This document shows positions 32,403 to 39,730 of a stretch of DNA of 39,730 nucleotides, in pieces. The position numbers and the translations under genes were made by a program. The stretch covers positions 1 through 39,730 of the forward strand of contig JAGWYY010000001.1 in the NCBI GenBank assembly GCA_018969105.1, given 5' to 3'. The DNA comes from Acidobacteriota bacterium. GTDB taxonomy: Bacteria; Actinomycetota; Thermoleophilia; Miltoncostaeales; Miltoncostaeaceae. The notes under the pieces were generated by a model. It did no database searches. It worked only from the letters and a program-made list of their open reading frames with translations, and had not been told where the DNA came from. Position 1 is the stretch's first letter. Every line of letters begins with the position of its first letter.

Positions 32403-33185
32403 GTGAGCGGGATCGTCGAGGGCAAGCGGGCGCTGGTGGTGGGGGTTGCCAACAAGCGCAGCATCGCGTGGGCCATCGCCAGGCGGCTCGATGAGCAGGG
32501 CGCCCACGTGGCGCTCACCTTCCAGGGCGAGCGCGTGGAGAAGGACGTCCGCAAGCTGGCCGACGAGCTGTCGAACGGCCCGGTGCCGGTGCTGCCCCTG
32601 GATGTCACCGACGACGCGCAGCTCGACGCCGCCGTGGCAGGCACGGCGGACGCGCTGGGGGGCATCGACATCCTCGTGCACGCGGTGGCCTTCGGGAAGG
32701 TGGAGGACCTCGGGGGACGCTTCATGGACGTCTCGGACGATGGCTTCCAGCTGGCGCTCGACGTCTCGTCGTGGTCGCTCAAGCGACTGGCCGAGCGCGT
32801 GGAGCCCCACATGCGCGAGGCCGGGGGTGGCGCGATCGTCACGATGAGCTACGTGGCCGCCGAGCGCGCGGTGCCGGGGTACAACGTGATGGGCATCGCG
32901 AAGTCTGCGCTCGAGAGCATCGTGCGCTACCTGGCCTGGGACATGGGCCCCGACAACGTGCGCGTGAACGCCCTCTCGGCCGGCCCCGTGCGCACCCTCG
33001 CCGCCCGGGGCATCCCGGGCTTCGGCGACATGGTGGACAACGCCACCGAGCGCTCGCCGCTGCGCCGGCCCATTGACGCCGACGAGGTGGCCGACGCCGC
33101 GCTGTTCCTGTGCTCGGACCTCGCGCGCGCGGTGACCGGCGAGACCCTGCACGTGGACGCCGGCTACCACGCGATGGCCATCTGA
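32403..33185 (+). CDS. fabI: Enoyl-ACP reductase FabI
   Basis: GTG 32403 lies inside the chimeric ORF 31251..33185. Motifs GKRALVVGVANKRSIAW, LVHAVAF, YNVMGIAKSALE (Y-x6-K), NALSAGPVRTLAA. Confidence 0.9.
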   Translation: MSGIVEGKRALVVGVANKRSIAWAIARRLDEQGAHVALTFQGERVEKDVRKLADELSNGPVPVLPLDVTDDAQLDAAVAGTADALGGIDILVHAVAFGKVEDLGGRFMDVSDDGFQLALDVSSWSLKRLAERVEPHMREAGGGAIVTMSYVAAERAVPGYNVMGIAKSALESIVRYLAWDMGPDNVRVNALSAGPVRTLAARGIPGFGDMVDNATERSPLRRPIDADEVADAALFLCSDLARAVTGETLHVDAGYHAMAI

Positions 33186-33193
33186 GCAGCACC

Positions 33194-33820
33194 GTGCGCA
33201 TCGGGGTGGTGGCGGACACCCACGTGGGCGAGGTGCTGCCCGCTCTGCCGCCCGAGGTGCCGGCCGCCCTTGCGGAGTGCGACCTCATCCTGCATGCCGG
33301 GGACATCACCTGCATGAGCGTGATCGATGAGCTCGAGCGCATCGCGCCGGTGGTGGCCGTGCAGGGCGACCACGATCGCCTGGCCGGCATCGACCTGCCG
33401 CGCGAGCGCGTGGTGCGCGTGCGCGGGCGCAGCATCGGCCTGGTGCATGGCCGCCGCACGCGGGCCATCGAGATGCCCGCGGCCGGGTTGAGCCTCGCCC
33501 GCCGCCGCGCGGTGCTGCTGGGGCTCCATCGCCACATGGCCCGCCGCCTGGGCCCGGTGGACCTCATCGTGCATGGGCACCTGCACATGCCGGTGGACAC
33601 CGTCGTGGGGGGCACGCGGGTGTTCTCGCCGGGGGCCGTGTACATACCCGAGGAGCGCGACGCCAGCGAGCGCACCGGCGTGAAAGGGCGTGCATACATG
33701 CGGTTTCGGGCCGGGATGACGGACGACGAGCGGGCCGCCGCCGTGGGCATCGTGGAGGTGGGCCCCGAGGGCCTGCGCGTGCGGCGCGTGCTGCTGCGTG
33801 ACGTCCGGGCCGACGGCTAA
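33194..33820 (+). CDS. Metallophosphoesterase (YfcE/MJ0936-like)
   Basis: RIGVVADTHVG, HAGDI, VQGDHD and VHGHLH metal-ligand motifs. Confidence 0.8.
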   Translation: MRIGVVADTHVGEVLPALPPEVPAALAECDLILHAGDITCMSVIDELERIAPVVAVQGDHDRLAGIDLPRERVVRVRGRSIGLVHGRRTRAIEMPAAGLSLARRRAVLLGLHRHMARRLGPVDLIVHGHLHMPVDTVVGGTRVFSPGAVYIPEERDASERTGVKGRAYMRFRAGMTDDERAAAVGIVEVGPEGLRVRRVLLRDVRADG

Positions 33821-33859
33821 TTTGAACCCACGGAACCCCGACGCGGGAGCAGTGCCGAG

Positions 33860-34051
33860 ATGACCGCAGATGTCGCCTATCAGTTCCGCAACGCGCATGA
33901 GGAGCTCGAGCGCGCCATGGCCGATTACCTGGCCATCTCGCGTGGCTCGCACCTCTATGCAGACGCCGAGGCGCATGCCGCGGCCGAGCAGAAGGCGTGG
34001 GAGCGGATGATGACCCTGCGTGATCGCGCCGACGCGGCCACGCCCGTCTAG
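33860..34051 (+). CDS. Small hypothetical protein (63 aa)
   Basis: GGGAG upstream of the ATG. Helical, non-antisense-like composition. Its stop overlaps the kinase stop in a CTAG tetranucleotide. Weak support only. Confidence 0.4.
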   Translation: MTADVAYQFRNAHEELERAMADYLAISRGSHLYADAEAHAAAEQKAWERMMTLRDRADAATPV

Positions 34052-35613
34052 GCGGGGATCTCCACCACTACCGTCGTGCCCGCGCCCGGGTGCGATTCCA
34101 GCGTCGCCGTGCCGTCGAGCAGGGCCACGCGCTCGCGCAGGCCCGCCAGCCCCAGGCGGTCGGTATCCGCATCGGGGTCGAAGCCCACGCCGTCATCCTC
34201 GATGATCACCCTCACGCGGCCGGGGAGCTTTCGCACCAGCACGCTCGCGTGATTCGCGCGCGCGTGGCGCTGCACGTTGGTGAGCGCCTCCTGCACCACC
34301 CGGAAGACGGTGATCTCGGCCTCCTCGCCGAGCTCGGGCATGTCCTCGACAGAGACGTCGACCGCGATGCCCGGGTCCACGCGCAGGCGGTCGGCCTGGC
34401 GCTCGATGGCGCTGGCGAGGCCATGTTCCTCGAGGCCGGACGGGCGCAGGCGCAAGGCGAGGTCGCGCAGCGCGGTGGTGGCCTCGGCGAGTGACCGACG
34501 GGCGGCGGCCAGGCGCTCGCGGCCGTCGTCGTCCACGTGCTCCTCGAGGGCCCGCATCTCGAGGGCGATCGCCGCCAGCACCTGGCCGGTCTCGTCGTGC
34601 AGCTCGCGCGCCACGCGCACGCGCTCGGCCTCCTGCGCCCGGATGGCCCGGCGGTGCCCCTCGGCCGCGGCCTTCTCGCGCTCGCGCGCCGCCGCGAGCG
34701 CAGCCGACTCGGCCAGGCGCGCCCGGTCGTCGGCCGCCGACCGCGCGTTGGCGATGGCCACGGCGGCCTGGGCCGCGAGCACCACGGCCAGGCGCTCGTC
34801 CTCCTCGCTGAAGGCGCCGGTCTCGCGATCGGTGAGGTAGAGGTTGCCGTACACCTCGTCGCCCAGCACCACCGGCACGCCGAGGAACGTCTGCATGGGC
34901 GGGTGCCCGGCCGGGAATCCCGCGGACGACGGGTGCTCGCCGATGCGCTCCACGCGGAGGGGCCGGGGATCGGTGATGAGGCGCCCGAGCAACCCGCGCC
35001 CCCCGGGCAGGCGTCCGATGTTCATGGCGGTGAGGTCATCGATGCCCGACCAGAGGAAGCGGGCGAGGTCGTCACCCGAATCCGACAGCACGCCGAGCGC
35101 CGCGTAGCGGGCCCCCACCACGCGCCGTGCCGACTCCAGCAGGCGCTGCAGCACGGTGTCGAGTTCGAGCCCGCTGCCGATTGCCATGCCGCTCTCCACC
35201 AGCCGCGAGGTGCGCTCCACGGCGCGGGCGCCGGCGATTCCCATGCCGGCCACCAGCGCGAGGCGGGCGATCGGCTCGGCCACCACGGGGTCGAGCGCGG
35301 CATCGGGGGCGGCGCGCACCACCAGCGCGGTGTCACCTGCTCCGGCGGGCCCCACCTCGGCGGCGATGGCCGCCACGCCGTGCTCGCCGGCCTCCTCCGC
35401 CGGCCGGCCCGCCGTGATGGCCGCCTGCGCCAGCAGGGCATCCGGCCCGGAGCCGTCGGCGGTCACGAGCCCAGCCCACGCGCACGAGGCCAGCGACATG
35501 GCCTCGGTGATCACGGCCTGCTCCACGGCATCCGGGGGCGCACCACCCGCCACCAGGCCCCACACGCGCGCGAGCCCGCGATCCTCCGCCGCGGGCTCAG
35601 CCCGCGTCGCCAC
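34048..35613 (-). CDS. GAF-domain sensor histidine kinase (HisKA_3/NarL-partner type)
   Basis: H-box RVARELHDETGQ. ATPase motifs VQEALTNVQRHA, IEDDGVGF, GLAGLRERV. GAF-like region ARYAALGVL..LGVPVVLGDEVYGNLYL. The first ~87 codons of the track ORF overlap the upstream gene and look non-coding, so I start at GTG 35613. Confidence 0.8.
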   Translation of the reverse strand: MATRAEPAAEDRGLARVWGLVAGGAPPDAVEQAVITEAMSLASCAWAGLVTADGSGPDALLAQAAITAGRPAEEAGEHGVAAIAAEVGPAGAGDTALVVRAAPDAALDPVVAEPIARLALVAGMGIAGARAVERTSRLVESGMAIGSGLELDTVLQRLLESARRVVGARYAALGVLSDSGDDLARFLWSGIDDLTAMNIGRLPGGRGLLGRLITDPRPLRVERIGEHPSSAGFPAGHPPMQTFLGVPVVLGDEVYGNLYLTDRETGAFSEEDERLAVVLAAQAAVAIANARSAADDRARLAESAALAAAREREKAAAEGHRRAIRAQEAERVRVARELHDETGQVLAAIALEMRALEEHVDDDGRERLAAARRSLAEATTALRDLALRLRPSGLEEHGLASAIERQADRLRVDPGIAVDVSVEDMPELGEEAEITVFRVVQEALTNVQRHARANHASVLVRKLPGRVRVIIEDDGVGFDPDADTDRLGLAGLRERVALLDGTATLESHPGAGTTVVVEIPA

Positions 35614-36406
35614 GCTCCCGCTCCGCGCGTCGCGCCTCGCGCTCCTGGTCGGCCTCCACCATGGCTGCGAACCGCGCGATGACGTCTTCGGGCACCGGCC
35701 CGTCGGGCGGCTCCTCGATCTCGATGTAGGGGCGCGGCGCCAGTGGGGCGGGGGCGTCATCGGCCTCCGGTGCGATGACCGGAACCTCGCCCGTGGCCGA
35801 GACGTCATCGGTGCCCACCTCATCGGCCACCTCATCGGCAAGCCCCTTGTGCTCGCCCGTGGCCGCGAGCTCATCGTCCGCGATCACCTCGAGCTCCCCG
35901 GTGGCCTCGATGGCTTCCGGGGCGCTGACGTCGTCGGCCACCACCGCGGCCACGGCCACCACTGCCTCCGGGGCCGATGGGGGCGCCGGGGGCGCCGGGG
36001 CGTCGGGCGTTGCCGCCGCATCCGTCGCAGGCGCGACCTCCTCGACCGCGACCTCCTCGACCTCGATCTCCTCGACCTCGATCTCCTCGATGGGCTCGCC
36101 CAGGGCGCCGATGCTGGCGCCCAGCGGGGTGACGGTCTCGTCGAGGATCCCCGGTGCGGTGTCAGCCGGCAGCTCCGGCATGGGGACGTCCGCCACCTCC
36201 ACGCCGTCATCCTCGATGACGATGCGGTAGCGCTCGACGTGGGGGGCATGCACGAAGAGGATGCGCCTCCACTCGTCCTGGCCCGCCTGCTCGGCGGCGC
36301 CCATGCTGCGGAAGCGGCCCACCTCGCTGCGCTGGGCCTCGGCAGGGCTGCCGGGCACGCCCACGACCACCACGAGGAAGCGCTTTCTCAGACCCATCGC
36401 CGCCAT
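35597..36406 (-). CDS. Acidic repeat protein of unknown function
   Basis: Small N-terminal domain (MAAMGLRKRFLVVVVGV..YRIVIEDDG), then a Glu/Val/Ala/Pro/Asp-rich region. The start is uncertain (36406 or 36397). Confidence 0.55.
   Translation of the reverse strand: MAAMGLRKRFLVVVVGVPGSPAEAQRSEVGRFRSMGAAEQAGQDEWRRILFVHAPHVERYRIVIEDDGVEVADVPMPELPADTAPGILDETVTPLGASIGALGEPIEEIEVEEIEVEEVAVEEVAPATDAAATPDAPAPPAPPSAPEAVVAVAAVVADDVSAPEAIEATGELEVIADDELAATGEHKGLADEVADEVGTDDVSATGEVPVIAPEADDAPAPLAPRPYIEIEEPPDGPVPEDVIARFAAMVEADQEREARRAERERGDAG
36035..36094. repeat. Four tandem 15-nt units (gacctcctcgacctc-like)
   Basis: Units are gacctcctcgaccgc, gacctcctcgacctc, gatctcctcgacctc and gatctcctcgatggg. They encode PIEEIEVEEIEVEEVAVEEV on the minus strand. 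Confidence 0.8.
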
Positions 36407-36466
36407 GCTACCCCGCGCCTCGGCAGGCGCGGGGCCACGGGGCATTCGTCCGATTACTCTGGCGCT

Positions 36467-36952
36467 GTGAGCACCGGACCCTTCAGCCACGTGGTGGCGT
36501 GCGTCGACGAGTCACCGGCCACCGAGGCCGTGGTGCGGCTTGCCCTGCAGGTACGCGCGGACGGTGGAAGGCTCTCCGTGGTGCACGTGATGGGAGGGCC
36601 GCCGTTCAGCGAGTCGTTCCTCGCAGCCATCGGCACCGCCTTCGGCGGCTCACCGCTCGGCGACAATGCGGTTGCGCACCGCGAGATCGCCCAGGGGCTG
36701 CTCGAGGTGGTGTGCGAAGACATCCCGGGCGCGGAGCCGGTGCTGCTCGACCCGCACGACGCCGACTCGGCACCCGACGCCGTGGTGCGCTGGGCTGACG
36801 ACAACGATGTGGACGCCATCGTGGCGGCATCGCACGGCGACCCCCTCGCGCGCATGGCGAAGTTCGTGGGCTCGTTCAGCGGCTACCTGGCCCGGCACGC
36901 GTCGTGCCCGGTCATCCTCATGCCGCCGGGCACCGCGTCCGACGGCGACTAG
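36467..36952 (+). CDS. Universal stress protein (UspA family)
   Basis: GTG 36467 lies inside the chimeric ORF 35156..36952. Motifs HVVACVDES, LSVVHV, DAIVAASHG, GSFSGYLARHASCPVILMP. Confidence 0.8.
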   Translation: MSTGPFSHVVACVDESPATEAVVRLALQVRADGGRLSVVHVMGGPPFSESFLAAIGTAFGGSPLGDNAVAHREIAQGLLEVVCEDIPGAEPVLLDPHDADSAPDAVVRWADDNDVDAIVAASHGDPLARMAKFVGSFSGYLARHASCPVILMPPGTASDGD

Positions 36953-36958
36953 CGCGGG

Positions 36959-37717
36959 CTAGTCCCTGGGCGGACGGGGGAAGAATCCGCTCGTGCGCCG
37001 CACGTACTCCGCGTAGCCGGGTCGCCGCTCGGCGATGTCCTTCTCGAGCAGGCCTGCGCCCGACACCTTCACGAGCAGCACGGTCATGAGGATGGGCCCG
37101 GCGAAGCCCCACGCGCCTGCGCCGCTCTCGGCGGCGATGAGGAAGATCCCCCACCACACCATGAAGTCGCCGAAGTAGTTCGGGTGGCGCGTGTAGCGCC
37201 ACAGCCCGGAGTCGAGCACCTTCCCCTTGTTGGCGGGGTCAGCCTTGAACCGGGCCAGTTGCCAGTCGCCGATGGCCTCGAACCCGAAGCCGATGGCCCA
37301 CGCCACGCCGCCGGCGGCGGCCAGCCAGCCGAGCCCGCGGTCGGGCACGGCCGCCAGCTGCACCGGCAGCGATACCACCCACATCAGCACGCCCTGCAGC
37401 ACGAACACGGTGACGAGGCTGATGATCCAGAACGACTTCCCGCGCTTCTCGCGCATGGCGGCGTAGCGGAAGTCCTCCCCCTTGCCGTGGTTGCGCCACG
37501 TGAGGTACGCCGACAGGCGCAGGCCCCAGATGGCCACCAGCACGAGGACCAGCAGGCGCCGGCCCTCGTCGCCGTCGCCCGCGACGAACGCCGTGATGGC
37601 CACCGCCACGAAGCCGAGCGGCCACACGGGGTCGATCACGCTGGCATCGCGCAGCGCGAGGCTGACAAGCCAGGTGGCAACGACGATCGCCAGGATGACG
37701 ATCGCCGCCGTGAGCAT
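36959..37717 (-). CDS. DUF1295 (steroid 5-alpha-reductase/ICMT-like) membrane protein
   Basis: Start at ATG 37717 ([12 protein letters not shown]). Motifs [39 protein letters not shown]. Confidence 0.8.
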   Translation of the reverse strand: MLTAAIVILAIVVATWLVSLALRDASVIDPVWPLGFVAVAITAFVAGDGDEGRRLLVLVLVAIWGLRLSAYLTWRNHGKGEDFRYAAMREKRGKSFWIISLVTVFVLQGVLMWVVSLPVQLAAVPDRGLGWLAAAGGVAWAIGFGFEAIGDWQLARFKADPANKGKVLDSGLWRYTRHPNYFGDFMVWWGIFLIAAESGAGAWGFAGPILMTVLLVKVSGAGLLEKDIAERRPGYAEYVRRTSGFFPRPPRD

Positions 37718-37775
37718 GATCGCGCCGTATCCGATGGGGGGAGATTCGCACGGCGCGGCCGGATACGCTCGGAGT

Positions 37776-38819
37776 GTGGAGCCCTGGTACATCCGGCTGG
37801 CGGAAGATCACGACGTGCCGCGGCCGGTGCTGCTGGCGGCCATCCGCGCGCGCGTGGCCATGCGCCTGCGCCGCGAGCGGCGCGGCGGCACCGATGCCGA
37901 GAGCGAGCGCGCCCGCGCGCTGCGCCGCCGCATGGCGGAGGCGCCCGTGGCCGTGCGCGCCGACGCCGCCAACGAGCAGCACTACGAGGTGCCCGCCGAG
38001 TTCTTCGAGGCCTGCCTCGGCCCGCGCCTCAAGTACTCGTCATGCCTCTACCCGCCGGGCGTGGACGACCTCGCCGCCGCAGAGGACGCCATGCTCGCCC
38101 TCACCTGCGCGCGGGCCCGCCTGGAGGACGGCCAGGACGTGCTCGAACTGGGCTGCGGCTGGGGGTCGCTCACGCTCTGGATGGCCGAGCGCTACCCGGC
38201 CAGCCGCATCACGGCCGTGAGCAACTCGGCCGGCCAGCGCGAGCACATCGAGGGGCAGGCCCGCGCGCGTGGGCTGGCCAACATCAGGGTGATCACCCAC
38301 GACGTCACCACCCTCGAGTTGCCGGACGCCGCCTTCGACCGCGTGGTGAGCGTGGAGATGCTCGAGCATGTGAAGAACCACCAGGCGCTGTTCGCGCGCA
38401 TCCAGCGCTGGCTGCGCCCCGATGGGCTGTTCTTCGTGCACGTGTTCACCCACCGCGACATCGCGTTCGAGTTCAGCGAGCACGACCAGAGCGACTGGAT
38501 CGGCCGGCACTTCTTCACGGGCGGCACCATGCCGTCGGACGACCTCCTGCTGCACGCCGCGTCCGGACGCTTCGCCGTGCAGGACCACTGGCGGGTGTCG
38601 GGACGCCACTACGCGCGCACCGCCATGCACTGGGACGACAACCTCGTGGCAAACCGCGACCGGGTGGTGGCCATCATGGAGCGCGACCACCCGGGCGAGG
38701 GGGAGAGGTGGTTCCGCCGCTGGCGGTTGTTCTTCCTGGCCTGCGCGGGCCTCTGGGGCTATCGGGGTGGCGACGAGTTCATGGTGTCGCACTACCTCTT
38801 CGCCCCGCTGCCGGCCTAG
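37776..38819 (+). CDS. Cyclopropane-fatty-acyl-phospholipid synthase-family SAM methyltransferase
   Basis: [35 protein letters not shown] (SAM motif I), VSVEMLEHV. The start is uncertain (GTG 37776 or ATG 37733). Confidence 0.85.
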   Translation: MEPWYIRLAEDHDVPRPVLLAAIRARVAMRLRRERRGGTDAESERARALRRRMAEAPVAVRADAANEQHYEVPAEFFEACLGPRLKYSSCLYPPGVDDLAAAEDAMLALTCARARLEDGQDVLELGCGWGSLTLWMAERYPASRITAVSNSAGQREHIEGQARARGLANIRVITHDVTTLELPDAAFDRVVSVEMLEHVKNHQALFARIQRWLRPDGLFFVHVFTHRDIAFEFSEHDQSDWIGRHFFTGGTMPSDDLLLHAASGRFAVQDHWRVSGRHYARTAMHWDDNLVANRDRVVAIMERDHPGEGERWFRRWRLFFLACAGLWGYRGGDEFMVSHYLFAPLPA

Positions 38820-39730
38820 CCCGGCGCGGGTGCCTGCGGCGCGCCCGAGCCGCCGCCGGGCGGCGCCGGGGGAGCCGGGGCTTGGGGCGCTCCGGTTCCG
38901 GGCGTGGTGATGGGCGCGGGGGTGACGGGCTCCGGCATGGTGGTGGCCGGCGGCGTGGTGGCGGGCTGGTCGGGTGCGGCCGGGGTGGTGGCGTCCACGC
39001 GGAAGCTGCGGGCGTTCATGAGCCCGCTCGGCCAGTAGGTCGGCAGGTAGGTGATGCTCACGCCGCCGCGCCCGCCCGACGAGTGGATGATCCACTTGTT
39101 GCCCAGGCTCATCGACATGTGCGATGCCTGGTTCAGCGGCGTGCGCAGGCCCCCGGACCCGAAGAACACCAGGTCGCCGGCCTGCGCCTTGTTCCAGGCG
39201 ATGCGCTTGCCCCGCTTGCCGACGTTCATCGTGTAGGTGGTGCGCCCGCTCGGCATGTTGATCTGTGCCTCGGCGGCGCGATCGCCCGTGTGCCAGACGT
39301 ACCAGATGAGCCCGGAGCAGTCGAAGCCCCCGGCGGCCTGGGTGTCGAGCGGGGAGTCGGTGCCGAGCGACTCGCCGCCCCACACGTAGGGGTTGCCCAC
39401 CAGCGCGAGCGCGCGCTGCACGGTGGGCACGAATACGGGATCGATGGCGGGGATCCTGAACCCCTGCAGGGCGCGCACCGACGCAGGGATGCCGTACTTG
39501 CGGATGTACCGCCCGCGCGATGCCATGAGCAGTAGGTCGGCCAGTCGCAGCGGCTGGGAGTCGTGGCGCTCGTACTGGTCGTCGCTCGACGGGTAGTTGC
39601 GCCTGAGGCCCGCCTCGCGCGCGGTGATCGACGTGCCGAAGCCGTCGGGCAGCGTGAAGGCGCGACCCCCGCCGTCGCGGAACTGGCCGAGGCGCGCCAC
39701 GGCCTTGCCCATGCCGAGGCCGAGGGTCCA
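38816..39730 (-). CDS. NlpC/P60 (C40) peptidoglycan hydrolase, N-terminus probably outside the window
   Basis: [20 protein letters not shown] (catalytic Cys), [13 protein letters not shown] (His). Pro/Thr/Ala-rich C-terminal tail. The reading frame stays open upstream of ATG 39712 to the window edge. Confidence 0.85.
   Translation of the reverse strand, partial: WTLGLGMGKAVARLGQFRDGGGRAFTLPDGFGTSITAREAGLRRNYPSSDDQYERHDSQPLRLADLLLMASRGRYIRKYGIPASVRALQGFRIPAIDPVFVPTVQRALALVGNPYVWGGESLGTDSPLDTQAAGGFDCSGLIWYVWHTGDRAAEAQINMPSGRTTYTMNVGKRGKRIAWNKAQAGDLVFFGSGGLRTPLNQASHMSMSLGNKWIIHSSGGRGGVSITYLPTYWPSGLMNARSFRVDATTPAAPDQPATTPPATTMPEPVTPAPITTPGTGAPQAPAPPAPPGGGSGAPQAPAPG

Noticed and set aside
35591-35600. 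Another CTGA at the acidic-protein stop as a CTG start for the kinase.
   Set aside because: The CTG is not in the kinase reading frame. In-frame GTG 35613 is available instead.
1-39730. Scan for tRNA/rRNA genes, CRISPR arrays, transposases, integrases and prophage blocks.
   Set aside because: I found no T-loop-like GGTTCGA(A/G)TCC context, no regularly spaced direct repeats and no DDE or tyrosine-recombinase-like ORFs by eye. A covariance-model search would be needed to exclude small RNAs.

Overview
Densely coding, high-GC window. My hand counts of single 60-nt stretches gave 45/60 GC at 15001-15060 and 37/60 at 13021-13080. Gene content looks Actinomycetota-like, and this reads as core chromosome rather than an obvious island. 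I support about 45 CDS and found no rRNA, tRNA, CRISPR array, transposase or integrase. The ORF track contains many long Arg/Gly/His/Pro-rich ORFs antisense to real genes. I re-derived real starts inside several chimeric ORFs and added one gene missing from the track (DUF1015, 1..1253, minus strand).

Order of content:
- DUF1015 protein.
- A secreted 14-blade beta-propeller/FN3 protein followed by two paralogous lipoproteins.
- A UvrD-type helicase fused to a Cys-cluster PD-(D/E)XK nuclease, followed by an OB/HD YhaM-like gene.
- A membrane-anchored collagen-like protein.
- A roughly 10 kb minus-strand string of tightly packed or overlapping genes: Zn-ribbon protein, rarA, acidic protein, long thyX, DUF1385, ycnI, NaPRTase, methylmalonyl-CoA epimerase-like VOC, B12-binding radical SAM, DUF3107-like, ychF.
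- A complete CysO-type cysteine pathway (rhodanese-E1, cysO, cysM, mec).
- vapBC, then a beta-carbonic anhydrase with an SbtA-like permease.
- An NYN/LOTUS protein with a long charged repeat tail.
- gltA, sixA, copCD, fabI and a metallophosphoesterase.
- An orphan GAF histidine kinase with an acidic repeat protein and a USP.
- A divergent DUF1295 / CFA-synthase-like pair, and an NlpC/P60 hydrolase.

I did not recognise a self-evident new multi-gene system. The observations I rate highest are:
1. ychF has no canonical start codon upstream of its P-loop. Only a CTG placed 1 nt after the upstream stop fits, and CTGA stop/start overlaps at rarA and vapC suggest the same mechanism.
2. A near-identical 34-39 nt GTGAC/GTCAC-rich module is inserted in frame twice in thyX.
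3. An uncharacterised B12-radical-SAM gene with locally lower GC is translationally coupled to a small DUF3107-like ORF and ychF.
4. A perfect 25-bp inverted repeat lies between two genes.
5. A rhodanese-first E1 enzyme is paired with a CysO that ends GG-AR.
6. The NYN/LOTUS protein carries an RGG/KR-rich disordered tail.

All family names come from motif recognition by eye. No database search was possible.
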